From an uncultured Gammaproteobacteria bacterium (lineage in GTDB: Bacteria > Patescibacteriota > Patescibacteriia > Patescibacteriales > UBA12465), in contig CAYYDR010000001.1 of assembly GCA_964470695.1 (NCBI GenBank), forward strand, positions 529,997-593,996: 64,000 bases of DNA, read 5' to 3'. Below the pieces are notes generated by a model. The model had not been told where the DNA came from. It saw only the letters and a list, made by a program, of their open reading frames with translations, and made no database searches. The translations under genes and the position numbers were made by a program. Positions 51,755 to 61,945 of this stretch are shown piece after piece. How positions within the stretch are numbered: the first letter of the stretch is position 1; every line of letters starts with the position of its first letter.

Positions 51755-53218
51755 CTAATCATTTAATAGCTTCCCCAGATCTAATTCCTCGGTAATTTTT
51801 ATTTCCTTAACAAAATCCGGCATATGGCTAACCATAATCAAAGCCCCCTCATAATTATTAATCGCCTCGGCAATAACCGGAATATGGCGGAAATTAATAT
51901 GGTTAGTCGGCTCATCTAAAATTAAGAGCCCCGGTTTCATCATTACTAGGCGGGTAAAAGACAGAAGTCCTTTTTGCCCCTCTGATAAATCGCCGACCCG
52001 ATGCGCCATTAAATCACCGGTAATTAGAAAACCGGCCGCGATAGAGCGCAAATCTTGCTCATCTAAACCGTCAGCCATAATATTTTTCAAGGAATCCCAG
52101 ACTGTTTCACTAAAATCTAAAGTAGAAAAATCCTGGCTATAATAACCAACTCTAATGCCGGGCTGAATAGTCTGGCCCGGATGAGAGCCTGATACGAGCG
52201 ATCTGAGCAGAGTGCTTTTGCCGACGCCGTTAGGCCCAACCACCAGCAGCTTGTCTTTCTTTCTGATAATCCTATTAATATCTTTAAGAATCGGGTTATG
52301 ATTTTTAATTATTTTAACTTGCCGCAAATTAACAACTTCCCCGCCGATTTCCTCCTGCATAGGAATATCAAAATCCCTAATAGTCCTGTCTTCCTGTCGG
52401 ACATCAACTTTATTTTCCTCAAGCTCTTCAGTTTCATCCTTAAGCTTCTTAGCTAATTTGCGCATCTTACCGCCCTTATGAGCAAAGAAATTAACCTTTT
52501 CCTTCCTATCTTTAATTTGCTTTTCCAGCTGGGCATTTTCCCGCTGCTCTCTTTCAACCCGGCGCGTTATTTCTTCTACCACCGAGAAATAATCACCGAC
52601 ATACATTTCGGTCTTATGGGTAAAATTATTTAAATAAATAACACCTTCCGTAAAACAATTTAAAAAATCAGCGTCATGGGAAATAACAATAACCGTCTTA
52701 TCATACATGACTAAGAAGGTTATCAAATGGTCAATCCCAGCCTGATCTAAATTATTAGTCGGCTCGTCTAAAAGGAGAATATCGGGATTTTGGATAAGGG
52801 CGTAGGCCAATAGAAGCCTGGCCTGCTGGCCGCCGGAAAGCTGGCGAACTGTTCTGTCTAGCGGAATATCAAAATTAACGGCCTCTAGGGCCTTATTAAT
52901 ACGACTTTTAATATTCCCTGGCACCGGATTAAAAGCCTTGGAAAAATATTCCTCAACATTTAAATCCAAGTCTTCAGGGGCGATAGTTTGGCGGGCGGTA
53001 CCGATAGTTGCATCTGCCGCCGTAGATATGCGGCCGCTTTTCGGCTCTAACTCTTTCTTAATCAGACCGAAAATAGTGCTTTTACCCGCCCCGTTTTGGC
53101 CCATTAAAGTTATCTTGGCGCCCCGCCGGACGCTAAAAGAAGCCTCATCCAAAATAGGCTTTTTCAATCTATATTCAAATTTTACTTCATCAAATCTTAA
53201 AACAACTTCTTCGGCCAT
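51755..53218 (-). CDS. ABC-F family ATPase (two ABC domains, no TMD)
   Basis: Walker A GQNGAGKS and GPNGVGKS. Signatures LSGGQQ and LSEGQK. Charged inter-domain linker. Confidence 0.92.
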   Translation of the reverse strand: MAEEVVLRFDEVKFEYRLKKPILDEASFSVRRGAKITLMGQNGAGKSTIFGLIKKELEPKSGRISTAADATIGTARQTIAPEDLDLNVEEYFSKAFNPVPGNIKSRINKALEAVNFDIPLDRTVRQLSGGQQARLLLAYALIQNPDILLLDEPTNNLDQAGIDHLITFLVMYDKTVIVISHDADFLNCFTEGVIYLNNFTHKTEMYVGDYFSVVEEITRRVEREQRENAQLEKQIKDRKEKVNFFAHKGGKMRKLAKKLKDETEELEENKVDVRQEDRTIRDFDIPMQEEIGGEVVNLRQVKIIKNHNPILKDINRIIRKKDKLLVVGPNGVGKSTLLRSLVSGSHPGQTIQPGIRVGYYSQDFSTLDFSETVWDSLKNIMADGLDEQDLRSIAAGFLITGDLMAHRVGDLSEGQKGLLSFTRLVMMKPGLLILDEPTNHINFRHIPVIAEAINNYEGALIMVSHMPDFVKEIKITEELDLGKLLND

Positions 53219-53336
53219 ATTAAATAAAAATTAAAATAAACTAACTTGTATAGGATAACGGATAATAGAAGAAATTACAATACTGCGGCGGATAAATAAT
53301 TAATGAAAAAGGATAGCCGAAACTACCCCTGACTTT

Positions 53337-53771
53337 CTAACTCACATTAGATTTTGTTTCTTCTAATAACTTTACTGCTTTCCACCAATGTTCCGCCGTA
53401 TCAAGCAAGAGCTCTTTGTCAGTCGGTTTAATTAAACACTGACTAAATAACCCGTCTTGGAAAATTTCCTGGGGATTCTTGTACCAAGAAGCCGTCCAGG
53501 CAATTATGGGAATATTTTGATATTTTCCCGTCATCCCTCTTATTTTCTCGGCCGCTTCTAAACCATTCATATGTGGCATAATAATGTCCATAAATATTAT
53601 ATCAACATGGACATATTCACCTTGCAGCACGTCAAGGGCTTCGCAACCGTTTTCAGCTAACAATATTCTGGCACCCGTTGTCTTTAAAGAACTTTGAAAA
53701 ACTAGTTGAGCGAGTTTATCGTCTTCAACTAATAATATTACGCAATCTTTTAAATTAATCTCCCGTTTCAT
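53337..53771 (-). CDS. single-domain response regulator (receiver only)
   Basis: ILLVEDD ... IIFMDIIMP ... AWTAS ... LIKP. Confidence 0.88.
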   Translation of the reverse strand: MKREINLKDCVILLVEDDKLAQLVFQSSLKTTGARILLAENGCEALDVLQGEYVHVDIIFMDIIMPHMNGLEAAEKIRGMTGKYQNIPIIAWTASWYKNPQEIFQDGLFSQCLIKPTDKELLLDTAEHWWKAVKLLEETKSNVS

Positions 53772-53825
53772 TACCCAGACCTCCCTTATAATTACTAAAT
53801 ATAAATCAATGTAATATTGGCTATA

Positions 53826-53854
53826 TTATTACAGATAGGAACCGGCTCTGTCAA
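53826..53854 (-). promoter_or_regulatory. candidate promoter of the receiver gene
   Basis: Minus strand: TTGACA (53854-53849), 17 nt ending in TG, TAATAA. Confidence 0.4.
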
Positions 53855-53855
53855 A

Positions 53856-53882
53856 TAAAAAACCCGACTCCTTAGAATCGGG
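53856..53882 (-). terminator. terminator of the two-gene unknown module
   Basis: Minus strand: CCCGA, 10-nt loop, TCGGG, then U7. Confidence 0.5.
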
Positions 53883-53907
53883 ATTATTGTGAGGGAATAA
53901 AAATTGT

Positions 53908-54255
53908 TTACCAGAAACTCATGGCCGCTTGAGCAGCTCTAAATTCCTGGTCAGTTCCGTCTGGAGCCGCGCGGTAAACCCGCTCCGCTCTCATTACATC
54001 TTTAAGTTTCTTAGCCGCTTTTAGCAAAAACTGGAAAACTGTCTCATCATAATTAACTGAATAAAGACTTAACAGTTTTTCTTCTGGAGTATTTTCAAAC
54101 AATCTTTGCATTCTCTCAGCGTCGCCCATCTTTTTAGATAGAGCTATCAGACCGAGTAGCTGCTGATCTTTTAATTCATCCAAATAACACTGGAATTTGA
54201 ACTCAAAGATGAACACTTGAAACCATCTCACGACAACAAATTTGATTTTTTTCAC
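53908..54255 (-). CDS. hypothetical protein (115 aa, helical)
   Basis: ORF with matching transcription signals. No family recognised. Confidence 0.55.
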   Translation of the reverse strand: MKKIKFVVVRWFQVFIFEFKFQCYLDELKDQQLLGLIALSKKMGDAERMQRLFENTPEEKLLSLYSVNYDETVFQFLLKAAKKLKDVMRAERVYRAAPDGTDQEFRAAQAAMSFW

Positions 54256-54281
54256 CTTTATTTCTCCTTTGATATACGTTA

Positions 54282-54554
54282 TTAATTAGTTAACAATTTT
54301 TTCTTATTTGCTAAAAATTTTTTTGCCAGCGCTATTTCACCGGCAAGATCCTTAAGGCCTATTTCATAGCCCTTCATGCTAAAGGGAAATAAAGTCATGA
54401 CGGCTTCTTTGGCTATCTTTTTTGATAATTTAAAAGATGTATTGTGCCAGATAATAAAGGCCTGAAAATATTCATCAGTCCCGTATTCGGCATCAATATA
54501 TGCCTTTTTAGCCAAATTTAGTTCTTCTAATTCATCTTCATTAATGCTATGCAT
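54282..54554 (-). CDS. hypothetical protein (90 aa, helical)
   Basis: First gene after a near-consensus promoter. No family recognised. Confidence 0.55.
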   Translation of the reverse strand: MHSINEDELEELNLAKKAYIDAEYGTDEYFQAFIIWHNTSFKLSKKIAKEAVMTLFPFSMKGYEIGLKDLAGEIALAKKFLANKKKLLTN

Positions 54555-54642
54555 GTTTCGCTCTCTTTTTATGGTTAAAATTGTTAATTTACTATTTAAA
54601 TTAAGCTTTTTAGCTTATAATACTAACTTTTGCTTAATAAAA

Positions 54643-54672
54643 TATTATAATATAATAACTTATTATTGTCAA
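54643..54672 (-). promoter_or_regulatory. near-consensus promoter of the two-gene unknown module
   Basis: Minus strand: TTGACA (54672-54667), 18 nt, TATAAT (54648-54643). The 5' UTR hairpin TAAGCT-TTTT-AGCTTA lies at 54601-54616. Confidence 0.5.
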
Positions 54673-54707
54673 TAGACCAATAACCAACTCTATACAAAAA
54701 TTATCAT

Positions 54708-55421
54708 TTAACTGCCCCCAAACCGTCTCTGCCGTTTAGCATACTCCTGTAAAGCGCGATCTAAATCTTTAATTCCGAAAGCTGGCCAATGTTTTTTAGC
54801 GAAATACAATTCACTATATACCGCTTGCCATGTTAAAAAGCCGGACAGACGCTGCTCCCCAGAAGTTCTAATAATAAAATCCGGATCAGGAATACCGACT
54901 GAGTCAAGGCTCTGGCTAATTAATTCTTCCGTTATCTCCGAAACTGATTTTTTTGTCTTAACAACTTTTTTAACCGCCCGAATTATCTCATCGCGACCGC
55001 CATAGCTAAGACAGACATTAAGCTGCCCCGAGGAACCGCTCTTAGTCCTTACCTCCGCCTCTTTCATGGCCAGCCGCATTTCTTGATTAAAGTCTGATAG
55101 ACGACCTAAAAATTTAATTTTTATACCCTCTTTAGCTAGCAATCCTACTTCCCTTTTTATAAAGATTTTAAATAATTTCATTAAATAGATAACCTCCTGT
55201 TTATCCCGCCGCCAATTTTCCGTAGAAAAAGCAAAAATCGTTATCACTTTAACGCCACGCCTAAAAGCCTGACGAGCGATAATTTTAATATTATTTAGAC
55301 CCTGGCGATGTCCCTCTAAGGGCGGCAAGCCCAACCCCCTGGCCCAGCGCCTATTACCATCCATGATTATTCCGACATGGAGAGGTAATTGAAGCTTTTT
55401 ACTGGCTTTAGCTATAGTCAT
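54708..55421 (-). CDS. uppS: undecaprenyl-diphosphate synthase (cis-isoprenyl transferase)
   Basis: HVGIIMDGNRRWA ... FSTENW ... RTSGEQRLSGFL. Start moved to ATG 55421. Confidence 0.93.
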   Translation of the reverse strand: MTIAKASKKLQLPLHVGIIMDGNRRWARGLGLPPLEGHRQGLNNIKIIARQAFRRGVKVITIFAFSTENWRRDKQEVIYLMKLFKIFIKREVGLLAKEGIKIKFLGRLSDFNQEMRLAMKEAEVRTKSGSSGQLNVCLSYGGRDEIIRAVKKVVKTKKSVSEITEELISQSLDSVGIPDPDFIIRTSGEQRLSGFLTWQAVYSELYFAKKHWPAFGIKDLDRALQEYAKRQRRFGGS

Positions 55422-55639
55422 ATAGATGCAAATATAGTATAAAAATAACACAATTTAACATTTCTAGCAAAAATAGCCTGATACAAAAATTAAAACTAAG
55501 TTATCAACTTGTATTTCGTGCCACCTTGGATAATAATTATAGTAAAGGAGGTAAAAAGATCTTTAAAATCATAATAGATTTAGATAAAAGAAAATATTGT
55601 TCTCTTAACCCACAAAAACTCACAAAATCGGAGGGCTTT

Positions 55640-57211
55640 ATGCGTGCCAAAGTAAGGATTAGATTTTTAGGCGGAGTAGCGGATGACCCCAATAACAACC
55701 TAACCGGTTCTTGTTCCCTACTCCAAGTGGAGCAAGGTAAAAAAAGAACCTCAATCCTCATTGATTCTGGACTTATACAATGCGGTTTTAATGATTCCCT
55801 GGAAAAAAACCAGGCCATTTTAAAACAGCTTAAGCCAGATAGCCTTGATTATATAATTCTGACTCATGCTCATATTGATCATATCGGACGCTTACCATTA
55901 TTTGTCCGGCATGGTTTCCAGGGCCGAATAATTTGTACTGAAGGCTCACGCAGTCTGCTAAATGTTATGTTAGAAGACAGCGCCAAGATTCAAATGTTGG
56001 AAGCTGGTTATTTAAGTGCTAAGGCTTTAAAAGAGTTGGATAACCATTCCGGCAAAAATGGTACTCGTGATAGGCTGACGCGCGGCAATTTTGACCGCAT
56101 CCAAAGAAAAACCAAAAACCAAAAAGTAAAAGCTCGCTGTCTGCCTCTTTACACCCAAAAAGATGTGGAGGCAACTGACGAATTAATTAAAAATGGAGGT
56201 TACGAATATTACAATTGGTTAAAGTTAGCTCATGGTATTAGTATAAAGTTCTATCCGTCCGGACACGTCATGGGCGGAGCAATCGTAGTTTTTAGAATAG
56301 ATAGCAAGCCTAAAGACATCTATTTATGTTTCAGCGGCGATTTGGGCCGACGGGACGGAATAATTTTACCGCCCCCGGAAGTAGTTGATGAAGAAATTGA
56401 CCACTTAATTTTGGAGTCCACCTATGGAGGAAAAAGTCATCCTCCTCGGGACGAAGAAATTAACAAAATTCTTAATCTAATTAAAAAAGCCGCCAAGAAC
56501 AAACAAAGGGTTATTATTCCTTCTTTCGCCCTAGAGCGATCGCAAGAAATAATCTATTTATTATCTTACTATATGGAACAAGGGGAAATCCCTCGCGTAC
56601 CCATATATTTAGATTCTCCTCTAGCGAGCCGGATAACTTCGGTCTTCGCTAATGGTTGGGACCAGGGCATGTTTTCTGACCAAAACCGGCTCGGGTTTAA
56701 CCCATTCAACCCTTTCAAAAATCCCTACTTTGGGATTATTACTGGCCAAGAAGAATCAGACGCCCTAATTGCTCAACCGGGCAGCTACATAGTGATTGCG
56801 GGCTCTGGTATGTGCGATGCCGGTCGAGTCCGTGGTCATTTACGAGCTAATCTAGATAAAACTGATACTATTGTCTGCTTAGTCGGCTATATGGCGGAAA
56901 ACAGTTTGGGGCGACGCCTTAAGGATGGCGCTCCGACAGTTAAGATGAACAGCCAGGAAATTATTGTCAAAGCCGAGATAGTGAGCTTTGATAGTTTTTC
57001 CGCTCATGCTGACGGCCTCTTCTTAGCTGATTATGCTCAAGCGGTACTAGCTAAAAATCCCGATGTTTACAAGCAAATATTTCTAGTCCACGGCGAAAAA
57101 AACAGCGCCTATGATCTAAAGACATATTTAGAAGAAAATTTGCCCAAAAGACTGAAGGAAAAAACTAGGATAAACGTTCCTAAAATTAATCAAGAAGAAA
57201 CGCTAAACTAA
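55640..57211 (+). CDS. MBL-fold beta-CASP RNA-metabolising hydrolase
   Basis: HAHIDHIGRLP motif 2 and beta-CASP motifs downstream. Start set at ATG 55640, which has GGAGG 5 nt upstream (the track start at 55526 is a TTG). Confidence 0.88.
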   Translation: MRAKVRIRFLGGVADDPNNNLTGSCSLLQVEQGKKRTSILIDSGLIQCGFNDSLEKNQAILKQLKPDSLDYIILTHAHIDHIGRLPLFVRHGFQGRIICTEGSRSLLNVMLEDSAKIQMLEAGYLSAKALKELDNHSGKNGTRDRLTRGNFDRIQRKTKNQKVKARCLPLYTQKDVEATDELIKNGGYEYYNWLKLAHGISIKFYPSGHVMGGAIVVFRIDSKPKDIYLCFSGDLGRRDGIILPPPEVVDEEIDHLILESTYGGKSHPPRDEEINKILNLIKKAAKNKQRVIIPSFALERSQEIIYLLSYYMEQGEIPRVPIYLDSPLASRITSVFANGWDQGMFSDQNRLGFNPFNPFKNPYFGIITGQEESDALIAQPGSYIVIAGSGMCDAGRVRGHLRANLDKTDTIVCLVGYMAENSLGRRLKDGAPTVKMNSQEIIVKAEIVSFDSFSAHADGLFLADYAQAVLAKNPDVYKQIFLVHGEKNSAYDLKTYLEENLPKRLKEKTRINVPKINQEETLN

Positions 57212-57249
57212 ACAAATAATTAATTACGGAGGAAATTCCCTTTAAGATA

Positions 57250-57279
57250 ATCCCGGCTCAAGCTAAGCCGGGATTTTTA
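57250..57279 (+). terminator. intrinsic terminator after the beta-CASP gene
   Basis: ATCCCGGCT (57250-58) pairs with AGCCGGGAT (57266-74), followed by T5. Confidence 0.65.
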
Positions 57280-57319
57280 TTTTAAGAAGGAGTTTCTGTT
57301 TTATCAGGAAGCCTTTATT

Positions 57320-57709
57320 TTAGTGGGGCCTTTTTATTTTTAAATTATTTTTTTCAACCAAAGCTTTCTGAACAGCTCTTAAGCCAAGCATGGCGCAATT
57401 ATAGCGACGTTCACTAATAGCAATACCAAAAATTTTCTTAATATAATCAAAATCGTAAGACAGAATTTGATTAACGGTCTGGCCTATCAGTTCCTCGCTT
57501 AAAATAGAAATTCCGGCTTGAGAAATAGCACAACCCTGACCCGTAAAAGTTATTTTTTTAACCTTGGAAGCGGATACTTTTAAAAAAACCGTAATATCAT
57601 CCCCGCAGGAATGATTTATTTCCCGCTCAGAGTGGGTCGCGCCCGCCAAAACCCCTTGATGACGAGGACGCTTATAATGGTCCATGATGTTTTGAGCGTA
57701 AATATCCAT
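57320..57709 (-). CDS. sufU: SUF-system Fe-S scaffold SufU
   Basis: NHSCGD ... GQGCAIS ... NCAM cysteine pattern. Last gene of the suf operon. Confidence 0.9.
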   Translation of the reverse strand: MDIYAQNIMDHYKRPRHQGVLAGATHSEREINHSCGDDITVFLKVSASKVKKITFTGQGCAISQAGISILSEELIGQTVNQILSYDFDYIKKIFGIAISERRYNCAMLGLRAVQKALVEKNNLKIKRPH

Positions 57710-57710
57710 A

Positions 57711-58949
57711 TTATTTTAAACGGGCAGATTTATTAAAAGCCTGGTGTAACTCTTTAAGCTTAGTAGTAAAAAAATCTATTTCCTTAGTGGTATTATAAAA
57801 ACTTAAACTAGCTCTAAGGCTGGCCGATACTTTAAAAAAACTATGCAGCGGCTGGGCGCAGTGATGGCCGGCGCGTAAAATAATTCCTTCCTGTCCCAAT
57901 AAATCAGAGGCATCATGAGGATGAACGCCGTTTATTATTAAAGAAAAAACTGGTAATTTAGGCCGCGCTGAGCCTAAAATTTTAACAAATTTTAAAGGCT
58001 TTATCCGCTTTAAAAAATAAGCGGTTAATTGCTTTTCCCGCGCCTGAATATTCTTATAGCCAATCTTTTCTAAATAAAGACAAGCTTCTCCCAGGCCAAT
58101 AACGCCAGCGATATTCGGCGTCCCCGCTTCAAACTTATAAGGCAAATCGTTAACGCCAAAATTATCAGTAGTGACAAAACTAATCATGTCGCCGCCGCCT
58201 AAAAAGGGCGGCATTTTCTCTAAAATTTCCCGACGGCCATAAAGAACACCGATGCCAGTCGGACCGCCGATTTTATGCCCGGAAAAAACTAAAAAATCAC
58301 AAGCTAATTTTTTTACAGAAATTTTTAAATGAGCGCTGCTTTGTGCCGCGTCTACTAAAGTAACCAAGCCTTTCTTCTTGGCCAAAGCTATCAATTCTTT
58401 AACGGGATTAACTATGCCCAAGACGTTAGAGGCTTGGGAAATCGCTAGCAATTTAACGCGAGGCTGGGAAATTATTTTTTGGGCAGCCTTTAAATCCCAA
58501 GAACCATTTGATAGTAAAGGTATATACTCAATTTTAATATTCAATTTATTTTTTAACTGCAGCCAAGGGACAATGTTAGCGTGATGTTCGGCTAGACTTA
58601 AAACTACAATATCTCCGGCGCGTAAGTTTTCTTGCCCCCAAGTCCGAGCAACCAGATTAATAGACTCCGTGGTTCCGCGCGTAAAAATAATTTCTTCCCG
58701 CGCCGCACCAATAAAATTAGCGACAATATCGCGCGCATGTTCATAGCGCTTAGTGGCCTCTTCGGCTAGCGGATTCAAACTGCGATGAACGTTGGCGTTA
58801 TAATTCTCATAATAATCATTCATGGCCTTAATAACCGAGCGTGATTTTTGGGCGGTCGCGGCGTTATCAAAATAAACCAGAGGGTGGCCCTTAATTTTTT
58901 TACTCAAAATAGGAAAATCGGACCGTTTAATTAAATTCTTATTTTTCAT
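57711..58949 (-). CDS. sufS: cysteine desulfurase SufS (class II)
   Basis: SGHKIGGPTG PLP lysine. RAGHHCAQP active-site Cys. Confidence 0.95.
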   Translation of the reverse strand: MKNKNLIKRSDFPILSKKIKGHPLVYFDNAATAQKSRSVIKAMNDYYENYNANVHRSLNPLAEEATKRYEHARDIVANFIGAAREEIIFTRGTTESINLVARTWGQENLRAGDIVVLSLAEHHANIVPWLQLKNKLNIKIEYIPLLSNGSWDLKAAQKIISQPRVKLLAISQASNVLGIVNPVKELIALAKKKGLVTLVDAAQSSAHLKISVKKLACDFLVFSGHKIGGPTGIGVLYGRREILEKMPPFLGGGDMISFVTTDNFGVNDLPYKFEAGTPNIAGVIGLGEACLYLEKIGYKNIQAREKQLTAYFLKRIKPLKFVKILGSARPKLPVFSLIINGVHPHDASDLLGQEGIILRAGHHCAQPLHSFFKVSASLRASLSFYNTTKEIDFFTTKLKELHQAFNKSARLK

Positions 58950-59752
58950 ATTTTAGGCAATACTAATAACTCTTTCTTGGCTATCTCTTTTAAAATTAAT
59001 TTCTGAGCCTCTTCACTTGCTAGGCCATCAATAAATTGATTAGCTAAAGATTTAATAACCAGGGCTTTAGCCTGCGCCTGAGATAATCCTCGCGAAGCTA
59101 AATAAAATAAGTCCTCCGGCGACAACTGAAAAGTACTGGCACCATGGCCGGCCTTAACTTCATTAGCGGCAATTTTTAGACTAGGCAGAATAACTCCCTT
59201 GGTACCAGCGTCTAAAAGATAAAGTTTCATATCAATACGGGAATCAGTCCCCTGCGCCACTGGCTTAATAATAATATCCGAATAATATTTAGTACTGGCG
59301 GTTCCGGATAGTAATCCGGTAACTGAAAAACGGCCCCGGCTATTAGGGGCGGAAAAAATATAATTATCAGTCGCCTCTAAAACTTCCGCGCCTGCTTGAT
59401 AAAAAAAGACCCGGCTATTGAATTCCGCTTCTGGGCCAATATAGGCTGTAAAATTTAGGCGGCTAAGACCAGCGCCGAAATAAGCGCCGTAATAATTAAC
59501 CCGGGAATTAGCGCCGATTATCAGTTCGCGCTGGCCTTCTGCGGCAAGCTCAATATTACTGGCTAAAATAGAGACGTATTGCACCAAGCAATTTTTCCCT
59601 ATGCTAAGAAGTAATTTTTTGGCAGCTTTTTTTGTGGACGCTATCTTATCAACTAAAATAACTTCCTCCCCGTCAGGAATAATTATCTCTGTATCTTTAT
59701 TTTTAATAATAATCTTTTTCATAATTCTCTTAACTGACATCTTAACCGACAC
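58946..59752 (-). CDS. sufD: Fe-S cluster assembly protein SufD (short form)
   Basis: C-terminal beta-helix region ...KAGHGASTFQLSPEDLFYLASRGLS. Start uncertain (M1 at 59752 or M5 at 59740). Confidence 0.8.
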   Translation of the reverse strand: MSVKMSVKRIMKKIIIKNKDTEIIIPDGEEVILVDKIASTKKAAKKLLLSIGKNCLVQYVSILASNIELAAEGQRELIIGANSRVNYYGAYFGAGLSRLNFTAYIGPEAEFNSRVFFYQAGAEVLEATDNYIFSAPNSRGRFSVTGLLSGTASTKYYSDIIIKPVAQGTDSRIDMKLYLLDAGTKGVILPSLKIAANEVKAGHGASTFQLSPEDLFYLASRGLSQAQAKALVIKSLANQFIDGLASEEAQKLILKEIAKKELLVLPKI

Positions 59753-61172
59753 TATTTTCCATTTCTAGTTCAACCATTCTATTCATTTCTACCGCATATT
59801 CTAAGGGCAGCTCCTTAACAATGGGCTCAATAAACCCGTTAACAATCATGGCGCTAGCCGCGGCTTCGCTTAAACCCCGGCTCCTTAAATAAAAAATATC
59901 ATTTTCATTTAATTTACCAGCGGTGGCCTCATGCGCCAGAACAGCGGCTTGATTCTTTATCTTAATTAGAGGAATCGTATCAGAAGAAGAGCGCGGATCA
60001 AGAATTAAGGCATCGCATTTTATATTAGAAGCGGCATTCTCGGCGTTAGCGCCAATTTCTACCAAGCCGCGATAAATCGCCTGGCCGCCATTTTTACTAA
60101 TACTCTTCATAACAATATTAGAAGTAGTATTAGGCGCTAAATGGATAACTTTCGCTCCCGTATCCTGGATTTGACCGCTATTAGCAAAGGCCACGCCTAA
60201 ATGATCGGCCGTTGATCCTTCACCCATTAAAACTGAACAGGGGTAAAGCATAGTAACATTGCTGCCGAAATTGCCGCCCACCCATTCCATATGGGCTTTT
60301 TTCTGGACTAAGGCGCGCTTGGTATTTAAATTATAAGCGTCCTTGCTCCAGCTCTCCACGCTACTGTAACGAAAGCGCGCGCCCTCGGCTACGAAGACTT
60401 CCACGCAGCCGGCATGCAAAGAATCAATGCCATAACGCGGCGCACTGCAGCCTTCAATATAATGAGCCTGAGCTTCTTCCTCCACTATAATTAAAGTATG
60501 CTCAAATTGGCCCATACCCTTGGCGTTCATGCGGAAGTAGGCCTGCAAAGGTAAATCAACCGTAACACCTTTAGGAATATATAAAAAAGTTCCCCCGCTC
60601 CAAACTGCGCCATGTAAAGCCGCAAATTTATGCAGGGTTGGCGGTACGGCCCGCATAAAATATTTTTTAACTAAGTCTTCATGACTTTTAATGGCTACAT
60701 CTAAATCTTCAAAAATTACTCCTTGAGCTTTAAACTGTTCCTTTAAGCTATGATAAATAACCGTTGACTCATACTGCGCGCCAACGCCGGCTAGCACTTC
60801 CTGCTCTGCTTTAGGGATGCCGAGCTTATTAAAAGTTTCTTTAATGTCAGCTGGAACATCATCCCAGGTCTGCGATTGCTTATCGGTGGCCCGAGCGTAA
60901 TAAGTTATTTTTTCCAAATCCAAACGGCTCAAATCTGGCCCCCAGTTCGGTAAAGGCATTTCTCTATATATTTTTAAAGCCTCTAAACGTTTAATTAGCA
61001 TCCAATCCGGTTCTTTTTTCTCCCGAGAAATAAAACGCACCAACTCTTCGTCCAGGCCAGCCCGCGCCTTAGACATATAGGCCGACTCATTAAAAGAATC
61101 CCACATTGAATCGTGGGTTATTTCATCCTTTTTAGGCTTATTTTTTTTAACTTTTTTTAATTCAATAGGCAT
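59742..61172 (-). CDS. sufB: Fe-S cluster assembly protein SufB
   Basis: ...AHEATAGKLNENDIFYLRSRGLSEAAA... plus overall length and context. Confidence 0.96.
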   Translation of the reverse strand: MPIELKKVKKNKPKKDEITHDSMWDSFNESAYMSKARAGLDEELVRFISREKKEPDWMLIKRLEALKIYREMPLPNWGPDLSRLDLEKITYYARATDKQSQTWDDVPADIKETFNKLGIPKAEQEVLAGVGAQYESTVIYHSLKEQFKAQGVIFEDLDVAIKSHEDLVKKYFMRAVPPTLHKFAALHGAVWSGGTFLYIPKGVTVDLPLQAYFRMNAKGMGQFEHTLIIVEEEAQAHYIEGCSAPRYGIDSLHAGCVEVFVAEGARFRYSSVESWSKDAYNLNTKRALVQKKAHMEWVGGNFGSNVTMLYPCSVLMGEGSTADHLGVAFANSGQIQDTGAKVIHLAPNTTSNIVMKSISKNGGQAIYRGLVEIGANAENAASNIKCDALILDPRSSSDTIPLIKIKNQAAVLAHEATAGKLNENDIFYLRSRGLSEAAASAMIVNGFIEPIVKELPLEYAVEMNRMVELEMENSVG

Positions 61173-61177
61173 AAATC

Positions 61178-61945
61178 TTATTTATCCAAGGGCTTTGAAC
61201 TAATAGCGATGTCGCCAAAACCATCTTTTTCCAAGCGAACCGCTAATTCTGGCCCGCCCGAAGCTACGACGCGCCCCTGCGACATGACAATTACTTTATC
61301 GGGCTTCAGATATTTTAAGATGCGCAAATAGTGCGTCACTATTAAAGCGCTCTGCTCTTTCTTCTTAAAACGAGCCATGGCCCGACCGACTATTTTTAAG
61401 GCATCAACATCTAAACCGGAATCAATTTCATCAAATATTGCTAGTAGCGGTTCGGCTAAAGCGAGTTGTAGCATTTCCGCCTTTTTCTTCTCCCCGCCGG
61501 AAAAGCCTTGATTTAAATAACGCCGGCTCCAATCTTCTTTAATATGCAGAGCTTTGATTTCTTTATCTAATTTTTTCTTGAAAGAAAAAACGGTCGGCAC
61601 GCTTTTCTGGCGCGCGGCGCGCAAAGATTTATAGGCGTCAAATAAAAAAGGATAAAAATCAATACCCGAAATTTCCCGAGGCTGCTGCCAGGCCAGAAAT
61701 AACCCTAAAGCGGCGCGCTCCTCCGGCTTAAGCTCGGTAATGTCCGTGCCATTAAAAATTATTTGGCCCGAGTCTATTTTATAAGCCGGGTGGCCCATTA
61801 AGATATTAGATAGGGTGCTTTTGCCTGAACCATTGGGGCCCATGATAACCGTGGCCTCGCCTTTTTTGAGCGTTAGGCTAACGTCGTTTAAAATTTGTTT
61901 ACCCTCTACAGAAACGGATAAATTTTTAATAACTAAAATGTTCAT
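61178..61945 (-). CDS. sufC: Fe-S cluster assembly ATPase SufC
   Basis: GPNGSGKS, FSGGEKK, LAIFDEIDSGLD. Confidence 0.96.
   Translation of the reverse strand: MNILVIKNLSVSVEGKQILNDVSLTLKKGEATVIMGPNGSGKSTLSNILMGHPAYKIDSGQIIFNGTDITELKPEERAALGLFLAWQQPREISGIDFYPFLFDAYKSLRAARQKSVPTVFSFKKKLDKEIKALHIKEDWSRRYLNQGFSGGEKKKAEMLQLALAEPLLAIFDEIDSGLDVDALKIVGRAMARFKKKEQSALIVTHYLRILKYLKPDKVIVMSQGRVVASGGPELAVRLEKDGFGDIAISSKPLDK

Noticed and set aside
55422-55451. Long start of uppS (55451)
   Set aside because: The extension MLFLYYICIY is hydrophobic junk running into the promoter region. ATG 55421 is preferred.
55526-55639. TTG start of the beta-CASP gene (55526)
   Set aside because: ATG 55640 has a GGAGG Shine-Dalgarno sequence 5 nt upstream. 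It begins the conserved RIRFLGG strand.
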